A DNA stretch of 64,000 nt from Dudresnaya verticillata. Its lineage: Eukaryota. The position numbers and the translations under genes are program-made. The notes beneath the pieces were generated by a model. That model saw only the letters and a program-made list of their open reading frames with translations. It was not told where the DNA came from and searched no databases. Shown piece by piece: positions 22,160-34,286 of the stretch (its first letter is position 1; each line of letters opens with the position of its first letter). The DNA lies in assembly GCA_977862235.1 (NCBI GenBank), contig OZ374559.1, positions 1,364,001 to 1,428,000 on the forward strand, read 5' to 3'.

Positions 22160-23868
22160 GGTCCGCCCTTCTGCATATAAGCAAGCAGTGTCATCCGGCC
22201 ACGGATCTAAACCCTTCTATCTGTGCGGTGAGGGCTCAGCATCCGATAACTCAATTACAGAAGGCACAACCTTCTGAACCGCTATAACCTCGACTTTTGA
22301 ACGCTTCTCGGCACTGGGCTCAATCATAATGCCCTTCTCGTCATTGGGTTCAACAGTAGTATGCTTTCGCTTCGCACGGAGGTTTGACTGGGCATGTTGC
22401 CGATTGGATTCTTCTGCCGGCGAATTATCTCCAGCGCTTCCCAACCCAGTAGCACGCTCTTTTCCGTTCCCAGCCTCGTCAGCCTCGTCAGAGTTTCCAC
22501 CATAGTTGTGAGAACGATCCTTTTGAAGGTCCCTACCAGACAGGCGCGCTAAGAAGGCATCCCTCTCCCTGCGTGAGGAGTTTTCTGGAAGATACTTCGG
22601 CTCCAAGGGCCGCTTCGTAAACTCAATACCAGACCAACTGGGCATTTACCCGCTGAAATGTTGGAAGACATCAATCTCCTTAACGCCGGGGTTTCCTTCT
22701 TTGTAGATTCCAATGTACCTGTGTAGCAGAGCTGTGCAAGCTGAAGCATTTCGTTGTCCACTCGCTCTGAGCTGCACTGCTTGATTATTAAGCTCGGCAC
22801 GCGTGATGGGGCGCAGCTGCAACGAGTCGTCGGCAGAGTAACCCGCATGCTTGCCAGAACCTATGTTACAGTCTCCTCCCTCTCCATCGCTTTCCGGTGG
22901 CAGCATAAAATCTTTATCGGAAGACTCGCTGATATCCATATAGTCTCTATCGAGCGCGGTCTGCCCGTCTACACGACTTCTTTTGCGTCCCTTCCTTTTG
23001 GCCATAGTCGGCGGTGACTGTCCAGCTCCAACCATTGTTCTCCCAATACACCAACGATTGAGTTGCAGCCCCACGGGGTACTACTAGAAAAAAATAAGCC
23101 GCAGTTTCGCAAACAACGCAGTAGACAAAGAAAAGTCAGAAACACAACGCTGCGCAATCTGTTCCTGTTTGCGTTCCCACTCAGGTTGCCACTTAGAGAC
23201 CGTTCCAATAACTTGAACCCTGCGACAATAATTGTTGGTTTCAGTCGTCGAGGTGCTAGCCAGCACCATAATAGCAGAAGTGAAAGGCTTGTTGCGGTGC
23301 GTGCGCATGTGGCTCACCAGGTCCCCTGGTTTGAGGTCAGGTTCGCACGAGCAGAAATGAACATTGGAAGAAAGAGGCACGACGGGCACGCATGGCCCGC
23401 GGGCTCAACTGGGTGATTACAGGAATTTCCTTTTTTCAACTCGGTGTTTACCTGACACACGAAACTTAAAATTTTGAAATGTATCGACTCTGCTTGTTTG
23501 ACGAGCAGCTTCGCCAGGTTAGAGCGCAGGTTAACATGGAAACCACGCCCCCCCCACGCCCAATTATCAACAAACATGATGACAGTACACTTTTCCAGCC
23601 ATCATTATTGCCAGAAATAGATATTTTGACATCAGTTCATCATTCTCCACAATAAGGATACCCTCCCACCACTGAGCAGCAATGACGTCATTGGATGTCC
23701 CACGGAGGCCTTTCGCGGGCTAAGGCTTTCTTGTAGCCAGATACAAGTACATGGGAGCGACAAGCTTTTGCCACAACTAAATCCCATGGGCAGTTCAACT
23801 TCACTGCAGATATTATCACCTTTATATCTGCGCAGAGCGCTAGCCCAGCAAGGGAATAATAGAATCAG

Positions 23869-25715
23869 TTAGTCTTCCTTTGAGGCATTCGACTGATCAG
23901 AAAGCTTCCTGGCTTTGTGCCTCTTCTTGTTTCCTCCAGTACATTTGTTGGCCGCACTAATGTAGAGTAAAGCCAGGAGCTTCCCATATACAGGCTCGAG
24001 GACATCGGGAGCTCTCAAACTTGCAATGGCGAGGGAAAGCAATCGCTGCATCTTCGCAACCCAGCGTTTGTCATGCTCATTTCGTATCGAGACAGCCACG
24101 TCGTTTAAATTCATAGGTAGTTTGAACTTTTCACGCGGAGCGAACCTCTTCATATCTCTGCTTAGGCGAATTGCAACCAATAAAGTATCGAACATGTCCT
24201 TGAGAAGGGCTTTCGCGAAGGAGTGTTCCTCTTCTCCTTCAGTTAACACAACAGTCTTCGCTTTATCTGTCTTGAGTTTCCTGATTTTGTGCTCCAAAGA
24301 AGCTACATTATCCAGAAATATATTCAAGTCACATGGAAGCGAGTATCGCATCACACCATTGCAACTCTTTCCCTGTTTGAGTTGCTGTGCACCCGACTGC
24401 GTTGCACGTTCTAGCGTTGAGACGGATTGTATCGCCAACGACGTGCTGACATGAAGAAGATTGCAGAGCTCCAACCACGACTCCACCTCGAGATTGATAG
24501 ATGCGAAGCCCTTCTCAATCTCTCTTACATACTTGTTAACTTTGTTGTAGGTTTGTGAAAGCCTTTCACCTCTATCGACGAGGAATTTCCCAACCTTTCC
24601 TTTCTTTGCAGTGCATGCACCCTCTTCTGATGAAGTAATACCGCAACTTCCATCTTCCAAGCTTTCCATAATAGCCATGCAAACACGAAACGCGCACTGT
24701 GGAAGGATTGCTCGCTGCAATGCACCGTAATTCATCTCTTGATCCCCAGAAAAGAGCGGGAAAAGGTCCCCAACTCTTACGCGAATGACGGAGGGAGTGA
24801 ATATTCGCTTCCAGGAATTATCCACACCTCGAAGAAGTTGAGTAAAATCCATCCAGTTCGAGCCGTAAGAACCATACCCGTAACGATGTAAAATGAGAGT
24901 AAGAGAAAGGCTCAACATGAAGACGGGAGAAAGAGCCACATTCAGGGGGCCCTTCTTGATAGATATCGAGGCATATAAACCGATCACGAATGGCCTTAAC
25001 ATCCCAGCACATGCATCCATCTTGTAGAGCGGGCCCTGGCGTGCTCCAACCTTCGTTGTAAGGTCGACAGTCAAAGACAAATATTATGAGATGTCCTCTG
25101 CTGCGGCCCAGTCAATAACCCGCTTGTTAGTGGTATGGATGCGCATAAAACCATGCCTCCCTCCTCGTATGCCAGTCTCAGGCGTCCGACCGAGGATATC
25201 TCGGATTATCTCTAATACCTTTTGCCTCCTTTCTTCCGGGAGTTTTTCAGCTTCATCAAGTACAATTCACATGGATGCACGCAGCATTGCGACTTCCGTT
25301 CCACCTTTCAGCCCTCCTACTTGCAAATCACCTGCGCCAGTACCCCAGGACGGACGATAATCTGGATGGCACAAAGTACGGAACGACATGTTCAGGCACG
25401 TGTAGAACTGTTCCGCGAGCAACACTCTTCGGCCCCGCAGCGTTTCTCTCCTCGATACCCAACTTCTGTGTCCCGGTCCATGATTGCCCTTTTGCGCTTA
25501 AGATGGCCACGACTCGATTTTTCAGCACAACCCGCATCGTCCGACAGTTGCTGCAATGGAGAAGCTTTTTCGGCTACTTCGTCTTGTGGTTGCGGAACGA
25601 CTCTCTCCTGATGATCTGCACTTGTCACTGCATCTTTGGTTTTTCCATGGCGGACAGCTGCAGACGGGGTTCCCCTACGGCGTCGGGAACTTTCATTGGG
25701 GTCCATTTCGCCCAA
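23869..25715 (-). pseudogene. Uncharacterised protein fragment (403-aa open segment plus upstream in-frame pieces broken by stops)
   Basis: The reading frame of 23869..25080 continues upstream through stops (..VIDWAAAEDIS*YLSLTVDL..). A possible intron end (CTAAC...TAG) at ~23870-23839 links it to further coding-like sequence at 23760-23084. Confidence 0.55.
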
Positions 25716-26909
25716 ACCTGTAGAGGCAAGCGCAAGACGCTTGTCTCGCGTGCCTCCAATGTCTGGTAGATTTCGGAGCCGATCCTATAGCACCACGCGT
25801 GCTGTTCCCGCGTACGTAGTTCTGCACCCAGCGGTTAGCTCTTAAGAGCTAAGAGTTCTTGTCAAAATGAATAAGCCGCAACGTAAACACACCGCACAAC
25901 AAGAACAGAAGTAAGTGTAGCGAGAACGGCAACTTGAGGATACGCAAAGGTCATAGACGATGCCATCTATCCCCAGCTGCGTGGCACTGTGCCGGAGGTG
26001 GCCGTCGACAAAGGAAAGCGGAGAGCAGGCTGGGAGAGAGGAACGACTGGGGTGGCGGGGTGGGTGACGGGTGGGAGGCAACATTTGGGGGAGGAGGCAA
26101 GCCCGGCGATATGCGACTGCAACTGCATTCCAGTGAGGAAGCAAGAGGAAGGAAGAAGGGAGCGAGCAAAAAGTCCAGCCACGAGGATTGGGGCCAGGGC
26201 GCAGCGGGTGGAGACAAATGTGTGGGTGCGCTTCAATCAAATAAAAATAAAAAATAAAATTTCTCTGAGACATGGCTACTCGGAATTACAGATGCCAGGC
26301 GCCAGGGGCATGGCATTACAGAAGCTGACTTTCAGCTGAACTTGCTGAGTACTACTGCTGAAAATCGCTGTAAAGAACACCAGGATAGAACATTCTGATG
26401 TTACCAACACGCGGCAAGGGAGTATCAATTACAAAACATAACACGCTGAGGAGATGAAACTCCAATTGGAGAGCCCGCACCTCTTGTGGGCACATGTTTT
26501 TCACAACTTGTGGAAAAGAGAGCAGCGGAGTCGTCCGTACAAACGAGGGCGGTGCGGCATTGTGGCCGGAGCTGGAGAGCGGCTGTGGCTGTTTGACCAC
26601 AACCCATGGGTGCGGTTTTGAGTAGGTTTCAACAGCGCGTCTGGGGAGGGAGAAGCCGCGGCAGGGTGCAGGTAACACGCGATGGATGGGAATGGATGGG
26701 AAGTAAAAAGGCAGAACGCAAAGAAAATATTGCAACCGTAAGGGACGCCTGAAGGCGGGAAGGGTGGAGAAAATGTATGCTGAGAGATCAGCAGTGTTGC
26801 ACAGGAATAGGATAAACATCATTTATGGGCATCTTCTAGAAGATTAGTTGAGGCCCAAATCACCTAAACCGCAGTACTCCAGTTCCCACGACTGCAACCT
26901 TTGTCGCCC

Positions 26910-29900
26910 TTAGGGAGTGTTTCTGCTTCTCAAGTCATACCCATCCCTATGCCTGTAGATTATGTTAGTTCGCGAATCTACTTCTCGACTTCGTTCGTGA
27001 TCGCGTCTTCCACGCCGCGGAGTAACGTACTCCACGGCCGCACCGGCAGAGTTCTGGAGGCAAGCTCTGCAGTAACTCTCAAGAACGTGGCTCCTCCGAC
27101 AAACTGTAGTGGCGTCACCAACAAGTATGAGCAAATAATTGGCTCTGCTTGTTGCCACATTGATGCGCCGTGAATCAGATAGAAACCCGATATGCACTCT
27201 CCTATTGCTGCGTGTGAGCGATATGATTACAGTACCACGTTCCAGACCTTGAAGAGAATCAATTGAAGATATGTCGACATTTAAGCGTTCTCCCCAACCC
27301 CTTCTCGAATAGGATGACTTATTCAAGTAATGCTGCAGGAAAGCAACTTGAGAACGATAAGGCGCTGTAACAAAAGTATCACCCCGTAGTAGTTCGTCCC
27401 CACCATAGAGTCTTGCAATGCTGCAGAGACGAGATAGTGTCTCATCAATAACTTTGGCTTCCAGCGTGTTTGTGAACGACCCTCTTCCTCTGCTGAGCTC
27501 GAACCGATCCATCGTAACGGATGTATCAATGAAGGTGAACGGAGCAAATGATCCCATGTCGGCAGAAGAGTCGTTGTAGGGACGAATGTAGGGATCACTA
27601 GACAAGGGGTGTTGCACGACGTCACGGTAAATCACCTTCGACTGTATCCTGCCGATGTCCGGATGCGTGCGATATTGCTGGTACAGCCAAAGAACAGGGC
27701 ATCGTCCACGATGAACCATTCTCTCAAACAACGACATGATTTGGTACTTGAAGTAGTCCTTGTATTCAAACCACTTGTTGTGACCTAGGAAGTAGGAGAA
27801 GGCATGTTCGTACCACACGAGGGGTAGAAGTTGGTGATGGTCCCTAGGCGTTACAAGTGAGAACGACGCAAACCCCTATGCAACCTAGCGACGCTAACAA
27901 TCGGTATACGTGCTTCCGACTCTGTGGCATGCGAACCTTCGTCCGAAATAACTACGTCGAAGCCGACACGAATATCATGAAGAACTTGGCTTGCAGGTGC
28001 CGAAAGCGTCGAAAGAACGACAAAACATTCTCGAGACATTGCATGGAGACCTTGTGTAGCCTCGCTTATTTCATCTTTGTCCTTTGTAGGTATACCTCCG
28101 TTCAGCTCCAAGAAATCAGCTTCGAAGGGAGCACTCTTCTCTTCAATCGAAATATGCTGCAATTCACTATACGAGTAATGCTATCGTGCTATTCGAAGAA
28201 TATTAGGGAATTTCTTGCCACCATTCCCGTCCGGCATGCCGTTCAATAGCTTCCGGGCGATGTGGTCCACCGCCTGATTTGAGGAACAACACACAAGAAT
28301 GCGGGGCCCATCTGGGTTATCGGTGAATCTCAATGTGTCGTCTTCGCAGTTAAGTAAATCCTTCGCAGACGCTCCTTCGTAGATATGCCCGGCAGTCGAG
28401 TGATGAAGTAGCGAAGTAATTAAGATACAAATGGTTGTGGTCTTCCCTGTACCAGGGGCCCCACAATCTGCGAATACGACGAGGACTCCGCTTTTAAGTT
28501 GCCCATGTCGCGCAGAATGCACGTTATTGCGTTCTTCTGCGAAGGGTTACAAACACTTTCATGCAAGGAATCCAAATACTGTAGACAACCGGGGTCAACA
28601 CCATGTCGTAGGTCCATTCGAAGCGATTTGTCGTAAATCTCCTCCCTCCTCTCACAAAATGCTCCATCGAAGTCCTCGAGCTCTTTGCCAAACAGGGTGC
28701 GTCGAATCTTCTCAGGTGCAAGAGGCATGTAGTGAATTGCTCTGAATTCCCTGTGTATCGCAACCAGTGACTCAAGGGCCGTTATATGAAGAACATCTCC
28801 CTTCTCCGGCGTCCATGCCTCTGCACGCACCTTGTTACAACAGATTCTCGCAGCTACCTTGTCTATTCTTCCTTCCGCACCCATGAAGTCAACATCTTCA
28901 TCGTCGTAGGTGACACTACGAGAAACGAAGAGCATAACATGCGAACACGTCGAGTTTCTTGAATAAGACTCACGTTGAAAAGATCCAAGGCACAGTGTAA
29001 CCCCTGCGAGCTCTGAAATTGTACGCTTGTTGAATCTCCGGTCACGGGTAGCGCACTTGAGGTTGGTAAGGAGACTACCAGACTTAGCCCTCTTGACAAT
29101 AAAACAAAGCATTCCCTCCTTTCGAGCATCAAGCGCCTCTCTTAAAATTTCGCTGTTGTAGGCTGATTCTCTCCGAAATAATTCCGGCACGGCCTTCTGC
29201 ATTGCACCTTGGATGGCGAAGAATAATTCAGCGTACAGAAAGACCTTGAGATGGTCACAATACTGCGCTATATGTGTTGAAGCAGTTGTTTCCGCGAGGA
29301 TAAGGCTTTTGTTTCCAGTTAAGAATTTCTGTACCCAATCCATGTCCCCAACATCGGCAATAGCAGCCTCTCGCGTGGCAATACGGTCTCGTGGGTCAGC
29401 ATTGAGAAAAGTACATGCAGCATGCCAGATTTCGAGCTCGGTGTTGAGCTCATCCGCGAGGCGCTCTTCCAAGTCTTTCGGATATTCTGACGAATCATTC
29501 GGAACATTCCGTAATCCATCGGCGACTGCGTAAAGGTCTGAATAGAAGTTCATTCTCTCATTGTCCGACTCAGGATTTTCGAGGTAAAATGGTTCTGTAC
29601 CCTGTGGTTCGCCGTTGATGGCATTTCGCTTCTCCTGAAAGTTAGTTAGAAAGTCACTTTGTACGCGAAGTGCGTCCAAAGCAAAACGCCTCTTCCTCTT
29701 TCCACGGCACTTCGGTGCATTAGGTTGCGAGCTTCCAACAAATTCAGCAACTTTATCCCCATCGGTTCTTCGGCTGCCTTCGCAATAACATGAGTTATGC
29801 TCCTCGCTTGTCGATCTGCCACCAGCAGGGCTCTCCTTCTTTTGTTGGTCATCAACCTCCATGCCCTCCAAGTGAATGTCATTGCTGACCAAACCCGGCT

Positions 29901-32478
29901 TCTCTGCTGTAGGATTTGCACTCGTGTCAGGACCAGAAATATCCTTAGTGTCAGGCTTTCCGGCCAGCATATACGGCTGGTTAATAAAAGAAATCAGCTC
30001 CTCCGTGTCGAGGTCACTCTCACTTTCTAATCTTCGAAAAGCTTCTTGATGTCTTCAAACTGCTCACCACTCTCCTCTGCAGGAGGTTCGATTTGTAGGG
30101 AGGGCGGTGCGACTGTTTCCGCAGCTGCAGTTTCCTCTTCCTGAGTATCAGTAGCATCTGTCAACCATTCCAGCACTCTTCTCGGTGGTTACGTTCTTCA
30201 GTTTGATATCATTGCAGATGCCGTCTCGGGGGGTAAGTGGTTCGAGGTATCCCGGTTGTTGCTCAGATGCAGGATCTTGGCCCTTTGGCTATAACGGTGC
30301 AGTAGAGTGCATGTAACAAGGCTTCACAACTTCTCACTCTGCCTTGCCTTCATAAGCATCACTGCAATTTGCCGAATGTGACATGATGGCATCAACCTCT
30401 GCAGCACACGCGCCCAAACGACCTGCTGGATACGGCGATAGTCGTCCTGGAGACCCCGCAATAAAACTACCACCACCAGACTCCGGAGAAAGGATCAGGG
30501 GCAGCTTATCTCCGGTATTCTTGTCCGTCGTTGGAGGTTCCAAGTATCGTGGTGTCAACGAGGACTTCTTCTTCAGTGGGGAATCAGCGATGAAGCTCCC
30601 ACCTCCAGACTCAGGCGAGATCGCTCGGGCAGAATACCATCCGCATCGTTAGGGTCAGAAGAGATCTCTGCATCGATGCAATGACGGCCGTCTCCCCGGG
30701 CAGAGGAGTGGTATGCGGCGTCCTCTTCTTCGAAGTCGACGCTCATGTCGTAAAAGCCATCGGTATGGTCTGCAGGTTTGCCAATTCTGGCAATCGAAAA
30801 ACCATTCCTTGTACTCGGGCCTTGCAACGAAGGTCGAATGTTTGTTCGCGAAGGCGCTCTTGGTAGAGGTACATTTGGACGATCAGCAATATATCGACCG
30901 AATGTCCAATGCCGAGTTTTCTGCAACACAGGCTTCTGGATCGGCACCGACTTTACCGCCACACCAAGAGCAGCGTTTAACCTCCTAGACAAGCTTCTCA
31001 ATTTGCGTTGTCTTTCGGGATCTCTTGAAAGAAAGCGACCGGCCGTAGGCAGCTCCTCTGACCCATCTCCATCTGACGATGACATAAGCCCTTCTGATTG
31101 TCCAGTAATGCACAACCTTTTATTCCTGGCATTGTTCTCCGCCGCTGAAAGGATGGAATACCCAGAAGTCCGATTATTCTCAGCCTCGCCGCGGTATTTT
31201 TCACTTGAGGCAAGCGAGGGTTCTCAGCGGGGGTAGCTCTCTTCTCGTCTTCATCTCGCAAGCGATTGGAAAGACAGCCAAGTACACTGTGAACGGCTTC
31301 TGCAAGCGATTGGAAAGACATCCAAGTACACTTTGAACGGCTTCTGATCCGACATCGCCAAGAAAATGCCTGCCCGCCAGGGATAAGTCCAGCTTGAAAT
31401 GCGGTCTCTTCCACACATGTATTGGGTTGTACCCTGACTTGATCGCATCCAGCATCTTGTTGAAATCAGCAGAGAACTCAAACCTGTTCATTCTCTGGAT
31501 GCATGTGTGCCTACACAGCCGGTTTCGGAGGAGACGATAAACCGCCACCATAGTAGTGCGCAGTTGCGCTACTGGGATGTTCTCCATACTGACCTCGCCG
31601 AGGCCGTTTCGGGTCCAAGTTTGCGCAGTTGTTTGAAGCATCCATACCGCGGTTTCCTGAACGATATCCTGAATCCACCTAGGGAGAAGTTTGCGGAGTG
31701 TCCTTACATTCAACTTCCCGTCATACCTGTCATCAGATCCGCTTTGCCACATACCGCCAAGCTTCACTTTAAGAATTTCATGACCAAGTTTCCAGCCGGA
31801 AGTTAGCCCTTCTATCCCAAGCCCGATAAATCCATTTCCTTCTGACGTTCCCTTCTGCCACCATTCCTTGCGGGACGTCTCCTCCAGCACACATACGACG
31901 TCACGGCAAGAAGAAACTTCTTTGGCCAGAAGAGAACCGCAGACTGCGCTCGAGAAGGAGCAGAAGCACAAAACAACGGCAACAACGGCGCGACGGGCAT
32001 CGGGTGTAAACCTGATCGCAAGGTCATCCCACTGAGATTGGTATGGTGTTGAAACTGGATCTTCATACGCCCTTGGGATTGCACCGCCTTTCGCAACCGC
32101 CTGTAGTAACATGCTCTCCACTATTTCTTGATTTCCGTTCTGGACCGTAGTATAGCAGAAGCGACGAAAGTCTTCAAAGATGGGGAAGGATTCGTAGCGC
32201 TTCCAAACAGATAGCAAACGAGGAGATTTCACAAGAGACATGAATCTGAACATTGTGCTCAACGACTTCGTTGCTATTCCGAGATCCTCGCATATTGCGC
32301 GATGATGGTCCTCAAAATAGCAGTGAAGGTCGTCGTCGATAATGTCTGCGCAGTCATTCTTCAGCCATATGAGTTTGGCGTTCAAAGAAACATCCTCTGC
32401 GGGAGGAGCCGCAGAGGGTGGGCCTTCAGTACCGCCGCCGCACTTCTTTTCAGCATTACCGCCATCTCGATTACTCAT
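26910..32478 (-). pseudogene. Sen1/Upf1(NAM7)-like SF1 helicase with a long N-terminal extension, frameshifted
   Basis: All SF1 motifs appear in order: G(A)PGTGKTTT, ILVCCSSNQAVD, VVLSTLS, FDVVISDEGSH, GDH.QLLP, SLFERM, LYQQYRTHPDI, TAPYRSQV, SIDSLQGLER, RRINVATSRA..LILVGD. Upstream same-strand ORFs 28420..29970, 30334..30558, 30573..31115 and 31201..32553 are contiguous. Confidence 0.85.
31258..31345. repeat. 44-bp tandem duplication causing a frameshift
   Basis: GCAAGCGATTGGAAAGACAKCCAAGTACACTKTGAACGGCTTCT occurs twice in tandem. Confidence 0.9.
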
Positions 32479-34286
32479 TTCCACAACCTGTGATCTTTGT
32501 CTGTTAACATCATGAGATGTTCTGGTAAAAATTAATAAGCCGCACGCACACAAAACACGAAATACACGGAGAAAAGCCAGTTAGAAACGCAACCGGTCGG
32601 TTCCCTACAACCGAGTTCGTTGTAGGGATGTCTTGAGGGGCAGGATGAAGAAGGGGCGGCGGGGGAGCGGGTGGCACAAGTGTTGTGAGTTGCGCGAGGC
32701 AAAGAGTGTGAAGGGGAAGGGTAGGATGGGCGCGTGTGTTGGTTAGAGGCTTGCCAGTTGCGAGGCTTGTTGAGGCGAGTTGATACGCGCGGATCAACGG
32801 ATGTTACTGTAGGATGTTGGGGCCCGGGCCATATGGCAAGTATGGCCCGTGCAAAGCGGTATCAGCAACTGGCCGCCGCAGGCCGCACGGTGAGCCGCAG
32901 CTCAGAGCCGACGCTGTAAAAGAGAATAATTTTTCTATTTATTTACACCTTATTTTTGTTTAATTTCAGAGGATCAGCTCCTAATCTACCAATCAGAAAA
33001 ATACAACTACTAAATACTTGCCATCGTGCAACTCACCTGACATCTATCCACAGAAAGCCCTTTTCGGCCCTCTTGAGAACGTGTTGGGTAATGTATACTC
33101 ACATCCATCAACCCTTCCATGACTGCAGTGAACAGGCATAAAATTGCTGCGCATTCCTACGACGGGCAAGAGTTGTGCAATCATTTACCTGATTTCGTTA
33201 CATGCGTAGGTGGAAAGTTGAAAAAAGATAAGTAGGAAAAAAGAAAAGGGGTCAGGAAAACGCGTAAATATCGCCTTAAATACCACCTTTCCAGTTTTAT
33301 ATTCCCCACGGTTGAACAAGCGCACTTTTCAGGGCAATGACTATCCAGGCTTTCGGCTAAGAGGCCCGTGCCACAATCCCAATCACTCTGAAGCATATTT
33401 TCGAAAGTTCGTATTACGACTTGTGTGTTCGGAAGATATGTCGCAATAACAGAGTTTCTGAATGTACTGAAGTAGAATGTTTGAAACCACACTTTAGACC
33501 TGAATAAAACAAATGGGTGCTAGGAGCTTCCTCTTTATGAGTACAGTACACCTATCCAATCGGTTTGGAATGAAACGAACTACTCGCAGAGATATCAGCG
33601 GAAATCGAAAAGTGCGTTTTTGGGTCCATTGAAGATTCAAACATCCCTCAATCTCCGCTCATAGGCGGCTAAAGTTCCCAACTCAAGATCCGAGTATATA
33701 TCTAGGACCCTGAGAAGAAGGGAAACATGTTGAAACACAGACAGATAGCGCTTCTGCTGTTGAAAGCAAGGCACTAACGTTTACAGCTATCGTGAAGAGG
33801 AGGTCCAGTACATTTAGACCCCATTCTAACCTGATTGATCGAATTGCTCCACCCGTTTTTCTGTAATTATTTTGACTTGTTTGGAAATGAGGGGAACTGG
33901 TACGGGGATCTGTTCACGACGGCGCTGTGGCCATGTGGCTCTGTCGGCGGCCACCAATTCATGGCAGCATGGGTTCGTGGAACTACAATCACCGGCTGAA
34001 CTCATCACACTGTTGTGAGCCGCCGAGCTGGTACCTGTACATGACGCCCTTGCGCGCAGAGCTGCAGCATACACACCGAGGCACCCTTTACGCTTACCCT
34101 ACCCGAATTCACATCCCACTAACCCCAATCCCGTACCCCCAATCGTTTATGAATGTTTGCATTATCGACTGTGCGGCATATTCCTATTTCCTAGCTACGT
34201 GCAAAGCTTGGGTACTGCTTTCTCCTACCGGTGCATTCCTTTCTTAACCTACTTTTCTCTAGCGACATATTTGACGATCGTTATCG

